Origin: a virus
Reading direction: 5' to 3' (one strand)
IMG/VR virus record: IMGVR_UViG_3300005340_000038
Span: 12,362-76,361 of that record
DNA: 64,000 nt
This document shows positions 10,667 to 20,465 of the stretch, one piece after another. Position numbers and translations under genes: made by a program. A model generated the notes under the pieces. It was given only the letters and a program-made list of their open reading frames with translations. It made no database searches and had not been told where the DNA came from. Numbering within the stretch: position 1 is the stretch's first letter; the number at the start of each line of letters is the position of its first letter.

Positions 10667-11006
10667 AATCTCTACCGCCCGCTAGGCGTATATTGCCCGG
10701 TGAGTGTTTGACTGTGATGGTGTGGCCCGTCGCGCCTAGGACGACGATCACGTCACCCTGTTGCATGCCCAGAATAGAGGACAAATTGTCAGTTGTGCCA
10801 GTCTGTGCCGACAGGATGTAAAACTGCCACGCCACAGACCGGATGGATTTATCTACGTCAGCCGCACTCAAATCACCGGCGCTGATCGTAGATGTCCCAC
10901 CCGGTTGTATGCCGTCAATGGCGAGCGTCCGCAAATAGACCTGATACCGCGTTACGGTAAACTGGTCATTTTGTAGCGTCACCGATTTGGGCGCGAAATG
11001 AGGCAT
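10581..11006 (-). CDS. Hypothetical virion-associated protein
   Basis: Co-oriented in a tight operon. TDNLSSILGMQQGDVIVV..TITVKHSPGNIRL resembles tail-fibre C-terminal modules. Confidence 0.5.
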   Translation of the reverse strand: MPHFAPKSVTLQNDQFTVTRYQVYLRTLAIDGIQPGGTSTISAGDLSAADVDKSIRSVAWQFYILSAQTGTTDNLSSILGMQQGDVIVVLGATGHTITVKHSPGNIRLAGGRDFEITRFSSLMLWHTGTDIIEFGGRTTIP

Positions 11007-11016
11007 AGATATCTAT

Positions 11017-11343
11017 CTACGGCAGCGAACCCTCGACCACGCGAACGGCCTTAAGCCATTGCCGATGAAAGCCCTCGCCGCCATTGAAAACGAGCTTGAG
11101 GTCCAGCAGATCATCTACCCCCACATCTAGCGAGTAGTCGATCTGCCCGTGATAATCGCCATCGCTGCCGATGACGTGGAACAGGTAAACAGGCCACGCC
11201 TGGCCCGTCACCTCGGTCGTCGTGCCACGCCGGTACAGCGTCGCCTGAACAGTCGCATCATTGATCGGGTCGCCCGTCGACGCCGAGCGGGCATTGGTGA
11301 TTTTGAGCAGATGGTCACTGCCGTAAAGATAGGCTTCCATCAC
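11017..11343 (-). CDS. Small beta-rich phage structural or adaptor protein
   Basis: GDPINDATVQATL..DGDYHG pattern; operon context. Confidence 0.45.
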   Translation of the reverse strand: MMEAYLYGSDHLLKITNARSASTGDPINDATVQATLYRRGTTTEVTGQAWPVYLFHVIGSDGDYHGQIDYSLDVGVDDLLDLKLVFNGGEGFHRQWLKAVRVVEGSLP

Positions 11344-11359
11344 AGTATCTCAGTTCAGG

Positions 11360-11797
11360 TTACGCGCTAATCTGGATAAGGCCCTCAGTATTGACGACGA
11401 ACGTCACGTTTGTTCCCTGTGCAGTGAACGGCATATTGTCATCAATAAACGCGATGGGATAGGAATCAGAGTCATTTGTAACATGGACATAAATGACATG
11501 GCCGGCCATCTGCCGTGTGCCCGCGCCCAACGCTGTATAAGCGATATCCTCGGTGTCTAGCTCAGTGCGATCATTGGCGTTGTCTTGCGTCACGGTCTGC
11601 GTAGCAAATGTCGTGCGGGCATAGTTCGCGCCGTTAAACTCGTCCAGAGTCGTGAAGTCAGCAATGAAGTTCACATCTTTTTCGGTGTCAGCGGTCGTAT
11701 TGGTCATGACGGCAAGTGCGCGAATATCAGCCGTGCTCATATTGAGGGCAGCGGTAGCGAGCTTATTCGTCACTTTGGTATAGGCAAAGTTGGCCAT
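11360..11797 (-). CDS. Conserved phage virion (minor tail-type) protein
   Basis: Start reassigned to ATG 11797 after an AGGAGA RBS. MANFAY..DIRALAV..NYARTT..PIAFID..NTEGLIQI pattern is common in phage tail regions. Confidence 0.6.
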   Translation of the reverse strand: MANFAYTKVTNKLATAALNMSTADIRALAVMTNTTADTEKDVNFIADFTTLDEFNGANYARTTFATQTVTQDNANDRTELDTEDIAYTALGAGTRQMAGHVIYVHVTNDSDSYPIAFIDDNMPFTAQGTNVTFVVNTEGLIQISA

Positions 11798-11809
11798 GTC
11801 ATATCTCCT

Positions 11810-11890
11810 AAAATAAAAAAGGGCCAGCAACATCCCCATTAGAGGTATTGCTGGCCCAAGGGGTCTACCCTGTCACAAAGGACAAGGCGA
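11810..11890 (-). terminator. Structured leader: small hairpin followed by an intrinsic terminator, upstream of the 11797 gene
   Basis: GGGCCAGCAATACC...GTTGCTGGCCC followed by TTTTTTATTTT on the - strand. Paralogous to 20466-20545. Confidence 0.7.
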
Positions 11891-11949
11891 TCTCGATACC
11901 AGAGTTATTTAGTTTTGCACCGACACAAATGTAATAGTCTTACCTCCTG

Positions 11950-14391
11950 CTACGCATCGGGTTCAATTAGCTCAATGTTAGTAACGAGGACGGTCGGTGT
12001 AAATATAATGCTATCGATCAGTACCCCTCCATATTGGGCAGGAGGTGTTAGCCCAATAAACATCGTAGGAGGTATAACCCTGATCCTGGCAAACCCCATC
12101 GCAACAATTTCATCTATCGTCATGAATGGCGAGCTGACACCAATCACGGCAGGCGATAGGGGCACCTGCTCGATGAGATTGAGTGCCTGAGTAGGCGCGC
12201 CTATGGAGATGTTGACAGGCGTGAGGTAGATGGGCCGATGATACGTCATTTCAGGGACGATAAGAGATATCGTCGCAGGCGACAAGTCTACTGTCTCGGC
12301 AATAGAGACAGATGGCGCTGACAGGCTAATCAGTACAGGCGTGAGGAAAAACTCGAATAGTTCCTCGAATGACAGCGGCGGGACAGCCAGAGATATAACG
12401 ATAGGTGATAGGCCAATTGTGCAGAGGACAGTAGTGGGTGGCGCGATGAGACTGATTGGAACGGGAGACAAATCAATCGTCTCATTGAGCCCAAAATTGC
12501 GCGCGTAAACGCCAATAGTTACCGGGTCACACTCGATATATTCGTCAAGGCTCACCATACTAGGAACAGAGAGGGAAACAGAGGCGGGCGCTAGGCTCAT
12601 AGTCTCAGAAACAGTTACTGTCGGGCTCGTCACACTGATCGGAATAGGAGATATGTCAATCATCTCATAGCGATCTGTGCTCGGGATAGTCAGCGATAGC
12701 ATGACAGGCGTTAAATGAAACAGGAGTCCGGCCAGCATGCCAAGCGTCGGAATATTGACGGTTATGACCGCGGGGGTGAGATCAATCGCTTCAGACACAT
12801 GAGTAGTCGGCAAGATCAGGTCAATAGAGACAGGTACGAGATCGATTGTTTCATAGTAGTCTGTTGCAGGCACGCCTAGAGAGATAACCGGGGGTGTTAG
12901 GTAAAATACCTCACTAAACGGCATGGCGGGAACAGACAGGGATATCGTAGTCGTATTGAGTGAGATCGTCTCGTTAACATGCGTTGCTGGCGAAGACAGA
13001 TTGATCCTGACCGGCGTCATCGTAAACGCTTGCAGAGGCCTGAACCCAGGAACGCTGACATATATGGACGCTGGCCCCAGATTCATGGACTCGAAAAATG
13101 TCGTCTGCAACGGAGAGACAGAAAGATTAGCGGGGCCAAACCCGAGAGACTCGGAAATGCTCGTAGACGGGGCCGATAACGAGATGACAACTGGGTTCAG
13201 TTGGAACACAGAGGATGTGAGCAGCCCAGGGACATTGACAATAATATTGACAGGCGTGAGGGGTATCGCCTCGCTGATGCCTACGGCTGGGCTGTCAACT
13301 GTGATTACTGCCGGAGCCATCAGCACTTGTTCAGCTCGCCCAAGCGTCGGGACAGTCAAATTAATGTCTGCGGGGCTTAGCGTGATGGACTCAGAAATGC
13401 TCACAGCGGGCGGCGTTAGCGAGATTACAACAGGCGTCAAATTGATGCTGACAGGCTGCTCAGGCTCGTCAAACCCGATGTCCCAGGTTGCAAACGTCTC
13501 GCCGTCTACGTCGTCATCGAAGGGGTAAATCGAGTCGCCGCTGAGATTGGTACCATACCCTAACGCGCCGGTATCGGAAAGACTTAGATGGTAGTTTTTA
13601 TTGCTGACATCGACGAACGTGAAAGTCTGGCTGTGCCTACTATGCGCGCCTGGAGCTGTTGTATCGCCCGAGGAATTGTAGTCGCCATTCGTTCCGGTAA
13701 CTAGGAATCCACCATTCGTATTGCTAACCCCGATACAGTTATAGCAATACATCGACGACGTATTTGACGCAGCAAACCCATAGTCGCCATTGCTAGCTGA
13801 GACGCTGTTGTAGATATAGGCAACATGCCCTGAACTGGCGTGGAACCCGCGCTTCTCATTATTGTGGGCTAGGCAATCTACGAAAACATAAGTCGCGGTG
13901 CCCGCACATGAGAACCCGTGGTTTTTTTCCGTCCCAGAATTAACGCAATTATTGGCAATACAACCAATAACCCTATTACCAGTCCCTGCACATCTATAGC
14001 CATGGCGCTCGTTTGTCGAGTTATTTGTAAGCTTAACATCCAGGTCTTCAGCAGCGGCATAGCTCTCATTGCCGAGGTTGACAACATCGGAGTCGCCCGT
14101 GTAGTAGAGCGCGAATCCGGTGCCATAGACGCCAGTGTGCTTATGGCCTACGGCTGCTCGAATTTTGCGGAAGTGGGTTGCGTCTGTGGTTCCACCGATA
14201 GGGAGCCAGCGCTGATTATAGCTTGCTGAATCTGTATACCCCTCAATGGTATACGAGACATTATTGCTAACCATGTTGACATCGGTATCAGACTCGTAGA
14301 CAGCGAGGTCTGTGTAGTCGCGACCGTGGCCACTCGCGCCAAATGTGTTGACGACCTCATTGACGCCATTTTTACGGGCTGATACCATCAC
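11950..14391 (-). CDS. Beta-helix head plus about 23 x 20-aa Pro/Ile/Ser repeats (fibre or spike-like)
   Basis: N-terminal beta-helix ending WDIGFDE, then repeats of consensus (I/F)xL(T/S)Pxx(I)S(L)xxPxxxxxEx. Confidence 0.7.
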   Translation of the reverse strand: MMVSARKNGVNEVVNTFGASGHGRDYTDLAVYESDTDVNMVSNNVSYTIEGYTDSASYNQRWLPIGGTTDATHFRKIRAAVGHKHTGVYGTGFALYYTGDSDVVNLGNESYAAAEDLDVKLTNNSTNERHGYRCAGTGNRVIGCIANNCVNSGTEKNHGFSCAGTATYVFVDCLAHNNEKRGFHASSGHVAYIYNSVSASNGDYGFAASNTSSMYCYNCIGVSNTNGGFLVTGTNGDYNSSGDTTAPGAHSRHSQTFTFVDVSNKNYHLSLSDTGALGYGTNLSGDSIYPFDDDVDGETFATWDIGFDEPEQPVSINLTPVVISLTPPAVSISESITLSPADINLTVPTLGRAEQVLMAPAVITVDSPAVGISEAIPLTPVNIIVNVPGLLTSSVFQLNPVVISLSAPSTSISESLGFGPANLSVSPLQTTFFESMNLGPASIYVSVPGFRPLQAFTMTPVRINLSSPATHVNETISLNTTTISLSVPAMPFSEVFYLTPPVISLGVPATDYYETIDLVPVSIDLILPTTHVSEAIDLTPAVITVNIPTLGMLAGLLFHLTPVMLSLTIPSTDRYEMIDISPIPISVTSPTVTVSETMSLAPASVSLSVPSMVSLDEYIECDPVTIGVYARNFGLNETIDLSPVPISLIAPPTTVLCTIGLSPIVISLAVPPLSFEELFEFFLTPVLISLSAPSVSIAETVDLSPATISLIVPEMTYHRPIYLTPVNISIGAPTQALNLIEQVPLSPAVIGVSSPFMTIDEIVAMGFARIRVIPPTMFIGLTPPAQYGGVLIDSIIFTPTVLVTNIELIEPDA

Positions 14392-14397
14392 ATCATC

Positions 14398-14832
14398 CTA
14401 GATGTAAGTCTGCGTCATTTTGTCAAACACGAGCCCATCGACATCGAACACATGCGCATCGAAGAGGTACAGCCCTGTCTCCGAATCAACATGGAGGAAC
14501 GGCTGATAGACATCGCTCACGTCATAGAGCCGGTCAAAATCGAGCGGGTGGAGTTCATTGAGCCGCTCAAACGGGATGCAATAGCGGCGCTTGTCGTACC
14601 ACGTCTCGCCCTCATAGAGCGGCTCCATCAGGGCTTGCATGTCGTAGTCGTCCAGCCCATCGATGCGGAGGTAGAGCAAATGCCCCATCTCGCGGAGACC
14701 TACGCCATTCGTTGGCTCACGCACGGTGATGATGTCGCCTGATAGCCCTCGTTCGCCACCCGCGTCACCCGCATAGCTTGGGATGAGCAACCCCGCTTCC
14801 CAGACTCTAAATTGTTGATAGGTCTGAGGCAT
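14398..14832 (-). CDS. Hypothetical protein
   Basis: Tightly coupled ORF in the operon. Confidence 0.55.
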   Translation of the reverse strand: MPQTYQQFRVWEAGLLIPSYAGDAGGERGLSGDIITVREPTNGVGLREMGHLLYLRIDGLDDYDMQALMEPLYEGETWYDKRRYCIPFERLNELHPLDFDRLYDVSDVYQPFLHVDSETGLYLFDAHVFDVDGLVFDKMTQTYI

Positions 14833-14835
14833 AGG

Positions 14836-15030
14836 TCACCTTAGCTGCAAATGGCCAGATGGCAATAAGCCCACCCACGACAGCAGATAAACGATCATAA
14901 TGATGACCACAACGGCAATCGCAACCGTGCGCAACCATAGCAACGATGGGGGCAAGGGTATCTGCGTCATTAGCCACGCGATCAGGCCCATGACCAGAAT
15001 GAGAACCAGAATTTGGATGAGTGGCAACAT
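14836..15030 (-). CDS. Small two-TM membrane protein (Thivi_2564-like, holin-like)
   Basis: MLPLIQILVLILVMGLIAWL..IPLP..AIAVVVIIMIVYLL. Start reassigned to ATG 15030. Confidence 0.6.
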   Translation of the reverse strand: MLPLIQILVLILVMGLIAWLMTQIPLPPSLLWLRTVAIAVVVIIMIVYLLSWVGLLPSGHLQLR

Positions 15031-15037
15031 ATAATCT

Positions 15038-15607
15038 CTAATCGCTCGATGACACATCGTTTTGCAATGCGTCAATTGCGTTCTGGAGCGTCAAACTGTC
15101 GGGCAGATTCGGGTTGATATGAGAGTATCCATTCACTGCGGTTTTGATTGCCGCTAAACTTCCAGCCGCAGCTAAGTCAGTCTTATATTGCTCCCACTGT
15201 GTAATCATCGCATTCGTTTTGCCATTCGTCGCATTAAACAAACTGATTAGGCGCTTGAGTAACGCTTTAAACACTTTGCGCCACCTCGGATGGTTATTGA
15301 TAGAAGTCAGAGCCTGTGTTGCGTCAAGAGCATCGCGCCAGGCGGCCTCTGCTGGGGCAAAGGCGTCAATCTCGCCCTGCGTCGCGTTGCGGATGGTGTT
15401 GCTGCCAGGTAGGGCAATCTTGGCAAACCCGAGTACGCGCATCGGACCAAGTACGCCGTCTACGACCTCGGTAACATCGGGCCCATCGGTTAGTGTTGGG
15501 TCTACTAAAACACCGAAGTAGGTAGGGTCGGACTCAGAGAACGATTGCCCCGCCACTGATATTTTGAGGACTTCGCCGCCATCGATGCGATAGAGTGCCG
15601 TGGGCAT
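15038..15607 (-). CDS. Hypothetical protein
   Basis: Start reassigned to ATG 15607 (MPTALYR) after a GAAGGAG RBS. Confidence 0.55.
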   Translation of the reverse strand: MPTALYRIDGGEVLKISVAGQSFSESDPTYFGVLVDPTLTDGPDVTEVVDGVLGPMRVLGFAKIALPGSNTIRNATQGEIDAFAPAEAAWRDALDATQALTSINNHPRWRKVFKALLKRLISLFNATNGKTNAMITQWEQYKTDLAAAGSLAAIKTAVNGYSHINPNLPDSLTLQNAIDALQNDVSSSD

Positions 15608-15608
15608 G

Positions 15609-15842
15609 CTAACTCCTTCCACAAACGCGGATACGGTCGCCGACTTGGCATTCGTTGGGGAACGGGCCGTCATGGTCTGTCGATCCCGCGAGATGAATGC
15701 GGTAAACCGATGACCCTGCATAGGTTTCGATGATTTTAGGAAGCCCCGCATTGGGGCCATCAAACTGCCCATCTGTATCTTTGCTCCCATCACAGCCTGT
15801 AAAATTAATAGTAAAATTGCCCAAATAGAGAGGTGTATACAT
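15609..15842 (-). CDS. Hypothetical protein
   Basis: Fills the gap in the operon; its stop abuts the next start. Confidence 0.4.
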   Translation of the reverse strand: MYTPLYLGNFTINFTGCDGSKDTDGQFDGPNAGLPKIIETYAGSSVYRIHLAGSTDHDGPFPNECQVGDRIRVCGRS

Positions 15843-15853
15843 ATATTATCCTG

Positions 15854-18800
15854 CTATTGCTCAAAGACACCGATATCAGGAGCCGAGCCCAAATAGATAT
15901 ATGAGATGCCCTCGCCCTGTGTCCATGTGATGGCAGGGCTTACTGTAATAGTCCTTGTCGATATATCGATATTGGTAATCCTGGCCGTTTTTTTCCCGGT
16001 CTGCGTCATGATGAGGTCGCCCTTGTACCCCGGTATACCATACCCATCAGAAAAACACCGCGCATCGCTGACCACAAACGTTGATGTCGGGCTTGAGGCT
16101 GTCGCAGATGTAATGGTCGCCAAAAACACTCCTGCATTGAGCTGAGCAGAGGACGTCAGGTGAAAGTCGCTATCGTTGACAGAGGCAAACGTTACGGCTG
16201 AGGTGATATTATTTGACCAGTTATTGGGGAGGCTGGACTGCAAAGAAGAAACAGAAAGCACAGTACCGAGATTGGTTGGGTTTGGATCAGGGTCGCCGCC
16301 ATACCTAACATCATCTATGATGTCATTCCCGCGCCAGACATTCTCGGAGCGTCCGTTGATTTCCTGACCTCCAAACCAGATATCGCTCTTCCCCAACGAA
16401 TTGTATATATTGTTCAGAAAAATATTATTCAATACATCAAGATAAGCGGGGGAAGAACTGTTCCTATACATACCATTCTGGTCAGTATTATAAATAACAT
16501 TATGTGCCCAGCACTGTTCCTTAGTGCCTTGGTCAAAAGAAATTTGGCCATTATTATTGAGTGAATTTCGGCGAATGATATTACCGAGTGCTAAAACATA
16601 CTGAGTAGAAGATTGCGCACCAGATGCATTACCTGTTCCAGTCTGAATGCCTGACTGATCCCCAGCGGCTCTAGAGGCATTGGTCCCATAGAGCCAGCCA
16701 TTTTGCGTGGCAATAATTCCTGAATCGAGAATTATATTATCTTCCAAGACATCAAATTGAGATGAATACAGAGCCACATTTGAATGCCACGTATTGCGAA
16801 TTTTATTTCGTCTGTAAATATTATGATGAGTTGGGTTGCCTACGCTAGAAGCTGCGTTAAGAGCGACATGCCTGCAATTGCCAATATCATTATCCTCAAC
16901 TAAATTGTGATCAGCGCCACCAAGTGGGCGAAAACAATCCTGGTACCCCTTGCAATTATTTGTGCAGGATTGTGTTGTGATGTCGTTAGCAACCGACTGA
17001 TTACCACGGATCAAATTATAATCACCGCTCCAGCGTATAGCGTTGCCGCCACCAGTGATATTTGTTTGGGTGAGCACGTTATCGCGTATGATATTGCGAT
17101 TGCCTGAATCAATCAGCACTGCCGTTCCACTCACATTATTGATATGCATGCCCGCAATGACGATATATGATTTTCCAGTCAGGTCTGCCCCATTGCCGCT
17201 TGTTCCGGCCCCTCCGCTGCCATCTCTCAGGATGATGGCGGTCTCTCCAGGATACGCTAAGTAGGAAATATACGCGCTGGCATTGCCGTTGTTGGTGGGT
17301 TGAATTTGCTGATAATAAGTACCGCCTCTAATCCACACCGTCTGCCCGGCTTGGAGTGCGCCATTCGCCTTGCTGATCGTTTTCCAGGGCTGGCTGATCG
17401 TTCCGGGATTGCTATCACTGGCTGATGCCGATGTCGAAACGTAATACTGAGTGCCCGTGTTGACGACGACAGTCGTAGAATCGCTAAAGGGTACACCCGT
17501 ATCTCCCTGGCAGGTAATGATGTAATTGGTTGTACTAGTTGGAGATACCGCAAACGATCCGTTCGTTGACTTAGCCCCTGTCCATGCACCCGCCGTGGTC
17601 GCCGCACAAGAACTAGCGTACATCGATGACCATGTCAGGGTTGTACTTTGGCCTGTTGTAATAACGCTAGGATTAGATCCAATCGTAGCAACGGCATTAA
17701 CCGTGCCGCCACCACTTGGCGATGACTGGGTGACAGTAGAAGTACGGAAGGAGGGCGTTGTAGATATATTCCCAGATGTGTCATATGTCCACATGCGATA
17801 GCAGTAAGATGTATTCGGGGTCAGCCCAGAATCTGTAAATGTAGTTAGCGAGGTATCGCCTATAAATATCCACGGAGAACAGGAATCTGTCGACCCACTG
17901 CAAACACCCAAACAATGCTGAACATGATAATGATCGACTGCCACATTATCGGTGGCTGCGCTCCAATTGAGATCGATGGCTGTAGAGGGAGACGTAGAGT
18001 TTGGCGCTGCCGATATGGTCGTGACAATACCAGGGGGCTGCGTGTCGGGGGCAATAATATTATTTATCGTAAGCGAAACGCCGGCAGAGGTCGCAGTGAG
18101 TCCAGAGCCATTATACGCCTTAGCCGTCAAGAGGGCGGTGCCATTCGCCCTTTGGGTAGTATTGAATGATAGAGCCCAGGGAGCTATTGTCACCTCGCCA
18201 AGCAGGGCAGTCCCCCAATAATATTCAACCGCGACAATGCCAGAGACGGTGTCCGCTGGATTAGACGTGAGATTAATGGTACCGCTATACGTTCCGGCGC
18301 TAGGCGATGTGATGGATACCGTAGGGGCCGAATTGTCTACAGTTATGGCTACAGGTTCGGCAAAAACACTATTGCCGACATTATCGAGCAATTTGATCTT
18401 CGCCTGGAGTACCGTACCATCTGCCTGAGTGAGTGGATAGGTGCCCTCAAACGGGCTTGTACTATCTATTATGCCAACCGCACTATCGTTTATATAGAGT
18501 TGGGCTCCCGACACGCCAGAATTCTCATCAGACATCTCAACACTCCATGGTAGTGTGTTGGAGACATATTGGTCAGATTCTGGCGAGGAGCTATCAATAG
18601 ATGGCGGAGTGACATCTATCATGACCATTTGTGCTGATGAGTCTGTATAATGATTATCTACATCTAGGCAACGGACCTTCACCGTCACGCTGGCATCAGA
18701 GGTATAGGGTGCGGTCCAAGTACCAGAAAATGGGGGTATAGTATCAGGCGTTCCCACGGGAGACCCATCAGCCAAGAGTTGCATGGATTGGATCGGCACA

Positions 18801-19042
18801 GATGAATCACACGTCGCATTCCAGTCCACAGTACCGCCTAGATAGTAGGGGTTTGACCCCACCTTGTCCGGTAAAGTCAGAACCACGTTGCCCGGCGTAG
18901 GTACGATCGTCATGACCGACGGGTAGCTTATAGCAGGCATTCCACCCGGGAAACTGGGAGTCGCAGCATTAGCCCTGGCGTAATAATCTACGCAGCACAA
19001 AATGAATAATGCGACAGCCAACGTGGCGCTGAACACTCTCAT
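15854..19042 (-). CDS. Exported-type protein with three Ig-like domains, FN3 and a C-terminal beta-helix
   Basis: Signal peptide (..ANA-A), Ig repeats (D.TPP, APTVSITSP), FN3 (LNWSAATDNVAV), YYVSTS..SDSNPGTISQPWKTI..GGTY motif, ends PDIGVFE. Confidence 0.8.
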   Translation of the reverse strand: MRVFSATLAVALFILCCVDYYARANAATPSFPGGMPAISYPSVMTIVPTPGNVVLTLPDKVGSNPYYLGGTVDWNATCDSSVPIQSMQLLADGSPVGTPDTIPPFSGTWTAPYTSDASVTVKVRCLDVDNHYTDSSAQMVMIDVTPPSIDSSSPESDQYVSNTLPWSVEMSDENSGVSGAQLYINDSAVGIIDSTSPFEGTYPLTQADGTVLQAKIKLLDNVGNSVFAEPVAITVDNSAPTVSITSPSAGTYSGTINLTSNPADTVSGIVAVEYYWGTALLGEVTIAPWALSFNTTQRANGTALLTAKAYNGSGLTATSAGVSLTINNIIAPDTQPPGIVTTISAAPNSTSPSTAIDLNWSAATDNVAVDHYHVQHCLGVCSGSTDSCSPWIFIGDTSLTTFTDSGLTPNTSYCYRMWTYDTSGNISTTPSFRTSTVTQSSPSGGGTVNAVATIGSNPSVITTGQSTTLTWSSMYASSCAATTAGAWTGAKSTNGSFAVSPTSTTNYIITCQGDTGVPFSDSTTVVVNTGTQYYVSTSASASDSNPGTISQPWKTISKANGALQAGQTVWIRGGTYYQQIQPTNNGNASAYISYLAYPGETAIILRDGSGGAGTSGNGADLTGKSYIVIAGMHINNVSGTAVLIDSGNRNIIRDNVLTQTNITGGGNAIRWSGDYNLIRGNQSVANDITTQSCTNNCKGYQDCFRPLGGADHNLVEDNDIGNCRHVALNAASSVGNPTHHNIYRRNKIRNTWHSNVALYSSQFDVLEDNIILDSGIIATQNGWLYGTNASRAAGDQSGIQTGTGNASGAQSSTQYVLALGNIIRRNSLNNNGQISFDQGTKEQCWAHNVIYNTDQNGMYRNSSSPAYLDVLNNIFLNNIYNSLGKSDIWFGGQEINGRSENVWRGNDIIDDVRYGGDPDPNPTNLGTVLSVSSLQSSLPNNWSNNITSAVTFASVNDSDFHLTSSAQLNAGVFLATITSATASSPTSTFVVSDARCFSDGYGIPGYKGDLIMTQTGKKTARITNIDISTRTITVSPAITWTQGEGISYIYLGSAPDIGVFEQ

Positions 19043-19059
19043 ACAGATCTCATGTGAGG

Positions 19060-19389
19060 TTAGAATCCGTGCTGCCAGACGTAATCCCAGAATTTTTCCT
19101 TGAGATCGCTAGAAAACTTATGCACCCAGTCGTCGGCGCTTTTATCGATATCGTCTGAGCTTTCAATATCGTGGTCTGTAATCTCGTTGGTCACCGGAAA
19201 ATGAAAGGTTTGTTGAGGATTGGAACGATATACCATCTCAGCCCGCACCTCGGTTTTGATGGGGCCGCGTTCATAAAGGACCGATGTCACTACCGCATTA
19301 CCGCGAAGCAATTGTAGGTTCAGGTTATACATGAAGTCCTGTACCTTGCCGCTTGGCCACTCGGGTTCCATCTCATCAAACGGTCGCAT
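19060..19389 (-). CDS. Hypothetical protein
   Basis: ORF with a GAGG RBS in the operon. Confidence 0.5.
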   Translation of the reverse strand: MRPFDEMEPEWPSGKVQDFMYNLNLQLLRGNAVVTSVLYERGPIKTEVRAEMVYRSNPQQTFHFPVTNEITDHDIESSDDIDKSADDWVHKFSSDLKEKFWDYVWQHGF

Positions 19390-19399
19390 AAACTACCTC

Positions 19400-19990
19400 T
19401 TAACCTAAATTCTCAAGGCCAAGACTCAGCACGGCCTGTGCCCACACTTGGCGTTCTACTTCGAGTTCATTCTCAGATGCGTCGATCTCGACCCACCCCG
19501 GCATTGTGCTCATCGAGCGGTATATCTCGCGGACTCTTTCGAGGTATCCAGCAGAGCGCGTAAATTCAGAATGACGGTGCCTATCCTGCCTTTTGATGGA
19601 TAGGTCAGGCTCCAAATCGAGATAAATCAGAAGGTCAGGACGCAGCGCCCATGCCTGGTGGAGCTGATAAATCACTTGAATATCGACCCCCTTCGCACCC
19701 TGATAGGCCATCGTCGAGTAGTAGTAACGGTCCTGTATGGCAATGTCGCACGGGGTATAGTCCTGTATCCCTGCCTGCGCCGCTCGGTCGGCCATATACA
19801 GCCCCGTCTCCACCCACGGGTCGAGGCCCTCAGCATATTTAGCGAGGCGACCGAAGTAACTCCAGCTCGGCTCTTTGTGCAACACGACACGTAGCCCAGA
19901 CTGACGCAACCGCTGCATGAGGCGCCTGGCCTGCGAGGTCTTGCCGGAGCCGTTGAGCCCCTCAAATACGATGAGCCGTTGATTGGTCAT
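19400..19990 (-). CDS. tmk: Thymidylate (dTMP) kinase
   Basis: LIVFEGLNGSGKTSQ P-loop, KEP, QDRYYYSTMAYQG, PDLLIYLDL. Start reassigned to ATG 19990. Confidence 0.9.
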   Translation of the reverse strand: MTNQRLIVFEGLNGSGKTSQARRLMQRLRQSGLRVVLHKEPSWSYFGRLAKYAEGLDPWVETGLYMADRAAQAGIQDYTPCDIAIQDRYYYSTMAYQGAKGVDIQVIYQLHQAWALRPDLLIYLDLEPDLSIKRQDRHRHSEFTRSAGYLERVREIYRSMSTMPGWVEIDASENELEVERQVWAQAVLSLGLENLG

Positions 19991-19994
19991 AGCC

Positions 19995-20192
19995 CTACTC
20001 TGATGCCCTAGTGCCAGTCCCGGGATGCGAATAGAATCCCACAGCCGTCGCACCTGCCAAGACAGCGCCCACAAGGAGCCGTGCCCATTCAGGGGTATCT
20101 GCTGGCATATTGGCAGAGAAGAACCCCAGCACGGCTAGAACAAACCCGATCAGCGTCAACACCCACGATGGAATGCCTGTTTGCTCTGCCAT
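19995..20192 (-). CDS. Putative holin (two TM segments)
   Basis: 65 aa with two hydrophobic helices. Confidence 0.5.
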   Translation of the reverse strand: MAEQTGIPSWVLTLIGFVLAVLGFFSANMPADTPEWARLLVGAVLAGATAVGFYSHPGTGTRASE

Positions 20193-20449
20193 TACGCCAC
20201 CATGCTCGCATTTTTAATCGCTACCGTATTGTCAATAACCGTGCTGGCCACAGCCATCAACTTGCCACGGTCTACGGCGGCGAATTGAGGGTCACTTTGT
20301 TGGCACGTATCAATGCAAGACTCAACCGCATCCATCACTAGCTTCTTTTTCTCGGGGCCTGCGCCTTGCTGGTCAATAATGTCGACTACGCTTTTGACAG
20401 ACGAAACTAACGCAGGGAGAATTTGCAGAATCAACAGAAAAACACCCAT
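20192..20449 (-). CDS. Small phage protein, holin-associated type
   Basis: Hydrophobic N-terminus and GAGPEKKKLV motif; coupled to the putative holin. Confidence 0.45.
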   Translation of the reverse strand: MGVFLLILQILPALVSSVKSVVDIIDQQGAGPEKKKLVMDAVESCIDTCQQSDPQFAAVDRGKLMAVASTVIDNTVAIKNASMVA

Positions 20450-20465
20450 TTGTATGCTGCCTCAC

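Noticed and set aside
12923-18428. Numerous + strand ORFs antisense to the large - strand genes
   Set aside because: Antisense shadows with no RBS or recognisable motifs.
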